From the NCBI GenBank assembly GCA_009780245.1, contig WRAJ01000002.1, positions 50,988 to 114,987 of the forward strand: DNA of 64,000 bases, in the 5' to 3' direction. Below, piece by piece: positions 57,883 to 64,000 of this stretch; within the stretch, counting starts at the first letter, position 1; every line of letters starts with the position of its first letter. Below the pieces are notes generated by a model, which had not been told where the DNA came from, searched no databases, and worked only from the letters and a program-made list of their open reading frames with translations. The stretch is from Turicibacter sp. (GTDB lineage Bacteria > Bacillota_I > Bacilli_A > MOL361 > Turicibacteraceae). The position numbers and the translations under genes are program-made.

Positions 57883-57946
57883 AAAATCACCACCGCTAAT
57901 ATGTTGTGTAACATTTTCTTATTCAATTCGTATTCTCATAAAGAGA

Positions 57947-58555
57947 TTAATTCTCATTCGCTAAATGCCATAAATACAGCGACGCTGTACTCCCATACGG
58001 AGAATACAACTTTCGATACACCTCAAATTCTTTCTTAGAAATACGCTCAAGGCCATGCAATTTCATCACGCCTTTGCGAATAACCAAGTCCCCGTAGCTT
58101 AGAATATCCGGCCGATGCAAGGAAAAAATCAAGAACATTTCCGCGCTCCAAACGCCAATGCCATTTAACTTCACCAACTTAGCAATCACGTCTTCGTCAC
58201 TCAAGGCGGTCAACTCACTTAAATCCAACTCACCTGATTTAATCGCTTCACAAATCCCCTTGATATAGCCGACTTTCCGATAAGACAAGCCACACGCTCT
58301 GATTTCATCGTCCGACTTCGCCAAAATGGCATCAGGCGTCATCTTTTCCACCAGCTCGTTTAAACGTCCAAAAATAGTGTTCGCCGCTTTCGTGCTAATC
58401 AGTTGACTAACAATGGTCGAAATCAAAGCTTCAAACAAATCAGCATCAATTTTACGATTGATCTTACCCGCCCGCTTAATTGCCTCTGCCATCTTTGGGC
58501 AAGCCGCGGATAAGTACGCTATCTCAGTGTCTCCATACTCAAAAAATGTCATCAC
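57947..58555 (-). CDS. DNA-3-methyladenine glycosylase II-like (HhH-GPD, AlkA family)
   Basis: LVKLNGIGVWSAEMFLIFSLHRPDILSYGDLVIRKG, an HhH-GPD motif with the catalytic Asp. Confidence 0.8.
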   Translation of the reverse strand: MMTFFEYGDTEIAYLSAACPKMAEAIKRAGKINRKIDADLFEALISTIVSQLISTKAANTIFGRLNELVEKMTPDAILAKSDDEIRACGLSYRKVGYIKGICEAIKSGELDLSELTALSDEDVIAKLVKLNGIGVWSAEMFLIFSLHRPDILSYGDLVIRKGVMKLHGLERISKKEFEVYRKLYSPYGSTASLYLWHLANEN

Positions 58556-58627
58556 AAAGCTCCTTTGAACAAACCGTTATCTTATCTCTCTATCTTACCG
58601 CCACTGCCGTCGTTTGTCAAACTAATT

Positions 58628-59452
58628 TTAAGCAGACCTCAACAATTTAATGACGACATCTCTGACATACTGATCATACGTTTCTTTCAAATCATCCTTT
58701 AACATAAATCGCATGCTCCACAAAAAATTCGCCGTGTTATAATGCACAGTATTTAGCTCATTTTCAGCACTCAAAAAACCACCAAGCCAATGAGAAAATT
58801 CATCTTCACTAATAAGACCACGCTCTAAAACCTTTGTAACAACCCCCGCTAACCGCCGATCTTCACCGGCACGATACTGGTGAACACTGATCCCTATTTT
58901 GTCACGAATCGCAGTCAGTATCGCCATTAAATGCGTATGCTCCAAAGCACCATCCTCCGCAAAGACACCCAGATTATCCCCGTAATGAGCAACCGCATGC
59001 GCCCAACCTTGAGGCGAGACATAATCACGCAAATCAATCTCACCATTAAAGCAGGTCAACACAGCTTCAAACGCTGCTAAAATTTCATCCTTAGTAAAAA
59101 TCCGTTTAGTCACTTGCTTATTATAATCAATCAAACTCCCCACAGCATAAACATAAAACGCCCGGGCAAAGACAGAGTCATCATCTATTTTGCCAAGCCC
59201 TTTTAACAGTCGCTTTTCGCTAATCAACTCTGGTAAAAGCAACCGACACTTTGCATCACTGACTAACCCTTGCTCTTCAATCAGGTAATAAGATGCCGTC
59301 AAAGCCAGTTCACGCAAATCACTATCAACCGATGCTAAAGCATCAATCACTTCATCGACAAAACGATCAGCATCAACACCTTCTGGAAACTGCCACCCTT
59401 GCTTTTCTATCTCATTTAACCTAGCCTTTAAATCTTGTTTGTGTTTCATCAT
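58628..59452 (-). CDS. DUF2785-like helical-repeat protein
   Basis: 274 aa. The DUF2785 assignment is from memory of the family pattern only. Confidence 0.55.
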   Translation of the reverse strand: MMKHKQDLKARLNEIEKQGWQFPEGVDADRFVDEVIDALASVDSDLRELALTASYYLIEEQGLVSDAKCRLLLPELISEKRLLKGLGKIDDDSVFARAFYVYAVGSLIDYNKQVTKRIFTKDEILAAFEAVLTCFNGEIDLRDYVSPQGWAHAVAHYGDNLGVFAEDGALEHTHLMAILTAIRDKIGISVHQYRAGEDRRLAGVVTKVLERGLISEDEFSHWLGGFLSAENELNTVHYNTANFLWSMRFMLKDDLKETYDQYVRDVVIKLLRSA

Positions 59453-59467
59453 TCATTCTCCTTTATC

Positions 59468-59582
59468 TCAGCCAATGCCTCTTCCCCCGACGTCATATTA
59501 TATACCAATACACAAAACTTAACATCCCATTGTTTGTAAAGCTGCAATGACTTCCGATACACACAAGTCGATATCTGAGTCT
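59468..59582 (-). pseudogene. Degenerate duplicate of the 3-prime end of the MBL-fold hydrolase gene
   Basis: cctcttcccccgacgtcatattatataccaatacacaaaacttaacatcccattgtttgtaaagctgcaatgacttccgataca... aligns at roughly 80% identity with 59925..60030 inside the intact gene 59898..60560. Confidence 0.7.
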
Positions 59583-59591
59583 ATCGTTTCC

Positions 59592-59620
59592 TTGACAGTC
59601 ACATAAAGTTATGTTAGAAT
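59592..59620 (+). promoter_or_regulatory. Near-consensus sigma-A promoter (TTGACA-17-TAGAAT)
   Basis: TTGACA at 59592-59597, 17-nt spacer, TAGAAT at 59615-59620. Confidence 0.6.
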
Positions 59621-59681
59621 AACCATTGAAAAAATTATCAACAATAGCAAGTATTGATGCTATGACGGAGGAGAATGGACA

Positions 59682-59744
59682 ATGATAAATACTTTACGTG
59701 CAATATTCGCAGCACTTTTTAATGCTGGACCTATCACTTTTTAG
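59682..59744 (+). CDS. Possible 20-aa hydrophobic peptide
   Basis: GGAGGAG RBS upstream. ATG...TAG = MINTLRAIFAALFNAGPITF. Lies between a consensus promoter and a strong terminator. Not in the ORF track. Confidence 0.35.
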   Translation: MINTLRAIFAALFNAGPITF

Positions 59745-59815
59745 TAGCACGCTGTGCACCTGTGCGGACTTCATAGATTCAATTATGAATAGCAATTACA
59801 TCAAGAAAATCAAAA

Positions 59816-59852
59816 GTACGTGACTTAACCAAAGTTAAGTTGCGTGCTTTTT
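59816..59852. terminator. Hairpin terminator (14-bp stem + T-run), usable from both strands
   Basis: GTACGTGACTTAAC-caaa-GTTAAGTTGCGTGC followed by TTTTT. Confidence 0.6.
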
Positions 59853-59897
59853 CAATGTAAACGAACGAATGGTGCTTTCATCAGCCATCTACTCCTT

Positions 59898-60560
59898 CTA
59901 CTGACCCAACTCTGCTTCTATTCTCTCAAACACCTCTTCCCCCAACGTCCCATTATGCCCCGACACACAAAACTTAACATCCAATTGTTTATAAAGCTGC
60001 AACGACTTCCGATACAATTCAATATCTGAATATAAGGTTGGCACAATCTCCTCATCTGTATCACCAATATTATCACCAGCATTAAGCACACCGTCCACCT
60101 CATCAAACACACTAATCCCATCAATCGTATGACCCGGTGTATAAAATAACTTGATTTTATCATCTGGGAAATACAGTTCATCCTCAAAAACTAAATTCGG
60201 CAACTTCAACTTAGCCTCCCCCTTGATAAAGTGTTTGTTTTTTTGTAACTCATCATCCCAAGTTTCTTCGATAATTTCCCGACATTTGTAATGCGAGATA
60301 ATCAATTCATCGTCAAAACAATGGTTACCCCAAATATGATCCCAATGAAAATGGGTATTAATGACAACCAGTGGCTTCTGACAATCCCCAAGATACGCCT
60401 TAATCTCATCCATATCCTTTGATCCAAAGCCCGTATCAATTAAATAATTCCGATGCTCACCTAAAATCAAATGAATATTCAACCCACATCCCCACGCCTC
60501 AACAAATTGCGTAAAGACAACACTTCGCGTTCCAACTTTTTCTACTTTCATTTTTTTCAC
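59898..60560 (-). CDS. MBL-fold metallo-hydrolase
   Basis: HFHWDHIWG (HxHxDH) motif. 220 aa. Confidence 0.85.
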   Translation of the reverse strand: MKKMKVEKVGTRSVVFTQFVEAWGCGLNIHLILGEHRNYLIDTGFGSKDMDEIKAYLGDCQKPLVVINTHFHWDHIWGNHCFDDELIISHYKCREIIEETWDDELQKNKHFIKGEAKLKLPNLVFEDELYFPDDKIKLFYTPGHTIDGISVFDEVDGVLNAGDNIGDTDEEIVPTLYSDIELYRKSLQLYKQLDVKFCVSGHNGTLGEEVFERIEAELGQ

Positions 60561-60666
60561 TTCCTTGCTTTCTATTTCATATCACTACTTCACACAAGCG
60601 TGCTATTAGTAATGTAACACAAAAAACCTGACAACTCGTGTCAGGTTAAAAATATTTTCCATTTAT

Positions 60667-61359
60667 TTAAGGATGAACTTCTCCACCAATATAGTTCAAT
60701 TCATAGATTAATTCTTCCTCGTAATAGATTCTCTCACTACCTTGAAACCAAGAAAAATCACCACTAGAAGTATTCGTATATGTCAATTTTCCATTACGAT
60801 AAACAGCTGGGCCGCGATAAGGTAAGCTTATTTCTACTTTTGAAAGTACTTCCATTAGAAAATCCATCATCTGCTCGCTGTTTTCTTCAGTGATCGTGCG
60901 ACCAAAATAATTCATAGACCATATTGCGACTTCATTTTTCCAAACAACTTCTGTTCCAGAGAAATTAGTCCCACCTACATAAGAATCCCAATATTTATAA
61001 TCTCCCTTTTCATAGCATAAATCTTTAGAAGCTAATCTAGTAGATTCTCTTTTTGAATCCGAAAATGCATTCAGACTCGCATAGGTGCTTTTCTTGGCTT
61101 CCACAACAAAATTTCGTAAATCATCGCTATCATACTTCGTTTCATGATCATTGACATAGGCCGTGTTCTTGATTAGAGAATCAACTGTAACTTGAAAAAA
61201 GTTACTAATTCTAATTAAATGATCAATACCTGGCATTCCCCCACCACTTTCCCATTTTGCGACTGCTTGCCGAGAAACACCTAAAACTTCAGCTAGCTTT
61301 TCTTGCGTAACTGCTGCATCAGTTCTAATCTTCCACAATTTTCTTTGAAATTCCATCAT
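60667..61359 (-). CDS. XRE-family HTH protein with a C-terminal domain of unknown function
   Basis: MMEFQRKLWKIRTDAAVTQEKLAEVLGVSRQAVAKWESG. Start moved to the ATG after AGAGGAG. Confidence 0.75.
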   Translation of the reverse strand: MMEFQRKLWKIRTDAAVTQEKLAEVLGVSRQAVAKWESGGGMPGIDHLIRISNFFQVTVDSLIKNTAYVNDHETKYDSDDLRNFVVEAKKSTYASLNAFSDSKRESTRLASKDLCYEKGDYKYWDSYVGGTNFSGTEVVWKNEVAIWSMNYFGRTITEENSEQMMDFLMEVLSKVEISLPYRGPAVYRNGKLTYTNTSSGDFSWFQGSERIYYEEELIYELNYIGGEVHP

Positions 61360-61497
61360 CACAACTCCTCTTTGCTTTGTGATTTTATTATATCCAAAAA
61401 CTAACTTTGGTACTATCAACCAAAAGTTGTCAAAAAAGCAACTTCTAGTTACAGGCTCTTTTCCAAAATGATACGGAAGGGGGAGTGGGTGTCAAGC

Positions 61498-62388
61498 TTA
61501 ATATTTATCAACCACCATCTGTGCACGTTTTTTAATCAATGCTCTTACTGATGATGGTGCTAACACTTCGATATATTCCCCAAACGATAAAATAAATCCG
61601 TATAAGATTTCATTATCTTTCCATGTTGTTGAAACAATGAAATAGCCGTTTTGTTCTTCAACTTCCTCTTCAAAGTCAAACTCATCCAAAACACGATGTG
61701 CCATTTCAGGTGCAATTTTCAAACGCAATCTGACATCATGCTCCTCATCTTCTCTCGAACTAACTTCTTTTAAATCGCAGGCCCGATAACGTTCCTCAAA
61801 TAATTGCTCCGTCACCTTTAAATCCTTCATTCTTATCAATTTAAACAATCGAACCCCTTGGCGCATCAAACAATACCCGCGTAAATACCACGCACGGTGT
61901 TTAAACCATAATTGAATCGGTTCTACACATCGATTGGTTTTTTCATTGTGTGAACTGAAATAATCGAATCGGATCACGCGACGCTCTAAAATACCCGCTT
62001 TCAAATCACGAAAATAATTTTTCTGATCCTCGTTCCAAGAAAAATCAACCTCTAACCAATTGATGGCCGTTTTATTAAACGTGGCCGAAAGCTTCTGCAA
62101 AGCCGTTTCATCTGAACTTAACTGAAACAACCCTTGCAAATTTGCTAACACATCGTGTTGTTCCTTTTCACTTAAAATCGATTTGTCCATAACAAAGTCC
62201 GGTAGCAAACTAATCCCACCTGTTCGTCCTTGTTCGGTATAAATCGGAATGCCCGCTAAGCTGATCGCATCAATGTCCCGATAAATCGTACGCACCGAAA
62301 CCTCAAATCGCTTTGCTAATTCATCCGCTGTCACAACTTTCTTGTTAAGTAAATAGTACACAATTTCAAATAACCGATTCGCCTTCAC
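61498..62388 (-). CDS. YafY-family transcriptional regulator (HTH + WYL domain)
   Basis: RLFEIVYYLLNKKVVTADELAKRFEVSVRTIYRDIDAISLAGIPI... followed by a WYL-type region. Overlaps the end of the upstream MFS gene. Confidence 0.8.
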   Translation of the reverse strand: MKANRLFEIVYYLLNKKVVTADELAKRFEVSVRTIYRDIDAISLAGIPIYTEQGRTGGISLLPDFVMDKSILSEKEQHDVLANLQGLFQLSSDETALQKLSATFNKTAINWLEVDFSWNEDQKNYFRDLKAGILERRVIRFDYFSSHNEKTNRCVEPIQLWFKHRAWYLRGYCLMRQGVRLFKLIRMKDLKVTEQLFEERYRACDLKEVSSREDEEHDVRLRLKIAPEMAHRVLDEFDFEEEVEEQNGYFIVSTTWKDNEILYGFILSFGEYIEVLAPSSVRALIKKRAQMVVDKY

Positions 62389-63628
62389 ACGATCTCCTCC
62401 TTCCCCAAAAAACTTTCACCACTCCCACACAAAACACAAAGAATGTCAGCGCAAAAAAGATCATCGCCAACCCTGAAAAATTGCCGCCAACCAAATCCAA
62501 TACTTCTCCCATCAGCCTTTGCATAATCGGGATCGGAATAACGGTAATCGACATCGTAATGGCTGTGGCCTTTCCGACCATATCAGCTGGGGCATTCTTT
62601 TGAATTGCTGCCATTTTAATAATGTTAAAAATCGTAAACGTCGCCATAGTGAAGAATAAACCCACCGTAAAGAGAACGAATCTTCCTATATTAGGCAACC
62701 CTAACGTAGGTAGCATGGAAAGACTGATCGGAATGCTAACCAATACGGAAACAAATGTCCAATGATTGACATACTTCGGTTGCAAAAAGCGCCGGACTTG
62801 CTTCTGCCCAGCAAAAATTGCGCCAAACAAAGCGGCGGTTCCCGTCACCGCTTGTGCAATCCCAAATTGAAACTCTGTCACCTCAAGCACCACCCGCCCA
62901 ATAAACGGCAGAGCAACCGTCAAAATAGAGAAAAACGCCATCGCAATCAGCCCAACCGTCAATGCCAACTCAAATATTCTCGGGTCTGTTTTCAAAATAT
63001 AAGTAAACCCTACACCCAAATCATCTTTAATTGCTTTAAAGATGCCACCCTCAAACCCTTTCTCATTCTCAGGCAACCTCAAAAAGAAATTCGTCATCGC
63101 CGAAATAATATAAAGAACGGCCACTCCAATAACGAGTTGATAAATACCGACAAGGCCAAATAAAATACCACCAACAGCAGGAGCTGCAAAACGTGATAAC
63201 GACTTAACCGATTGAACAAGACTATTCGCTTTCACCAAGTCTTCTTTATCCACAATACTCGGCACAATCGCCGCAACAATCGGAAGATACACCGTTGTAA
63301 ATGTGATCATCACCGTTAAAATAACCCCAATTAAAACGATTGTTTCAATGCCTAAAAACAAAGCTGTAGCAAGGACAATCACAAGGCAAGCCTTCACCGT
63401 ATCCGCAATCATCAACAACTTCTTCTTTGGCAAGCGATCCGCTAAAATACCGCCAATCGGACCAACAATAATCGTCGGAATAAAACTAATCGAAACGATC
63501 GTTGAAAAAATCGTCGCTGACCCGGTCAAATCTAACACATGCAGCGCCATGGCAAAGTTAAGCAGACCGCTACATAAAATGCCAACGATTTGAGTAAACA
63601 AAATAATTCGAAAATCTTTACTTTTCAT
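62366..63628 (-). CDS. MFS transporter
   Basis: 420-aa polytopic protein. GGILADRLPKKKLL loop motif. Confidence 0.8.
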   Translation of the reverse strand: MKSKDFRIILFTQIVGILCSGLLNFAMALHVLDLTGSATIFSTIVSISFIPTIIVGPIGGILADRLPKKKLLMIADTVKACLVIVLATALFLGIETIVLIGVILTVMITFTTVYLPIVAAIVPSIVDKEDLVKANSLVQSVKSLSRFAAPAVGGILFGLVGIYQLVIGVAVLYIISAMTNFFLRLPENEKGFEGGIFKAIKDDLGVGFTYILKTDPRIFELALTVGLIAMAFFSILTVALPFIGRVVLEVTEFQFGIAQAVTGTAALFGAIFAGQKQVRRFLQPKYVNHWTFVSVLVSIPISLSMLPTLGLPNIGRFVLFTVGLFFTMATFTIFNIIKMAAIQKNAPADMVGKATAITMSITVIPIPIMQRLMGEVLDLVGGNFSGLAMIFFALTFFVFCVGVVKVFWGRRRSCEGESVI

Positions 63629-63721
63629 AAATGCCTCCTGAACAGATCGTCGCCATAAAGTATCGCTTATTTCAGCAATAAAACATAGAAATTACAAACT
63701 TGTTCTAACCTTGTTCTCAAC

Positions 63722-63893
63722 AAAATGCAGTGAAATTGAAAAAATCCTCAATTTACTGCATTTTCTTTCATTTCCGACACCTAGCGAATGTCGAAAACAT
63801 TAAAAATCAAAAAGTATCCGCTTTCAAGTTTGTTTCGACACGCTGTGGATGTCAAAAAATGCAGTAAATTTCAAAAATCTTCGAATTTACTGC
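63722..63893. repeat. Composite inverted-repeat region: hairpin A1 + hairpin B1 ... hairpin B2 + hairpin A2
   Basis: A1 AAAATGCAGTgAAATTG-loop-CAATTTACTGCATTTT (63722-63764). B1 TTCCGACA-cctagcgaa-TGTCGAAA. B2 TTTCGACA-cgctgtgga-TGTCAAAA. A2 AATGCAGTAAATT-loop-GAATTTACTGCA (63858-63893). The B2-A2 half reads as an inverted copy of the A1-B1 half. Confidence 0.65.
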
Positions 63894-64000
63894 ACTTCTC
63901 CGTAAAACCATGAAATTAATGGTGTGTTCACTTGCCTTTTCTTAAAGACGGCTCATAATAAGCCGCCTTCCTTTTTATTTCTCACGCTTCTTAAAATCCT

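Noticed and set aside
1-64000. Search for mobile elements, prophage, tRNA, rRNA or integrative-island borders
   Set aside because: No transposase, integrase, recombinase or phage structural genes and no tRNA-like cloverleaf candidates were seen in the intergenic regions. The accessory genes appear scattered singly among housekeeping operons rather than in one island.

Overview
Gene-dense 64-kb chromosomal segment that looks like a moderate-GC Bacillota (Firmicutes) genome. Most genes are on the minus strand. I saw no rRNA, tRNA, CRISPR array, transposase or integrase. All calls come from reading the ORF translations and the DNA by eye; no homology search or RNA folding was run. Housekeeping content: glycerate kinase / GntP permease / CdaR regulator; galK-galT; a complete hisZ-G-D-B-H-A-F-IE-C operon, with hisC broken by a 1-nt frameshift; a SAM-I (S-box) riboswitch in front of a hom-metA-metI-metC-permease-MetE-like operon; glpK, cls, truA, a small alarmone synthetase, an aldo/keto reductase, and several nitroreductase-fold, GNAT and MFS genes. 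The his operon is preceded by a 15-codon leader ORF with four consecutive His codons plus an intrinsic terminator, which looks like ribosome-mediated attenuation. Accessory content worth a second look: (1) Surface-type proteins with well-defined starts but no signal peptide: a 420-aa beta-helix protein, a 1273-aa DUF11-repeat protein, a 1320-aa GEVED+DUF11 protein, a BclA-like collagen protein and a small C1q/BclA-CTD-like protein. Three of them carry a short CxCxC(C) cysteine cluster at one terminus. I infer a disulfide-crosslinked, possibly spore-surface or appendage, assembly. (2) An unannotated 51-codon AgrD-like autoinducing-peptide gene with its own consensus promoter, convergent with an orphan AgrC-like histidine kinase; no agrB or agrA is in the window. 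(3) An AT-rich two-gene nucleotidyltransferase-fold module. (4) A gene-remnant duplication flanking a strongly promoted and terminated 20-codon hydrophobic ORF. (5) Several families of intergenic hairpin and tandem repeats.
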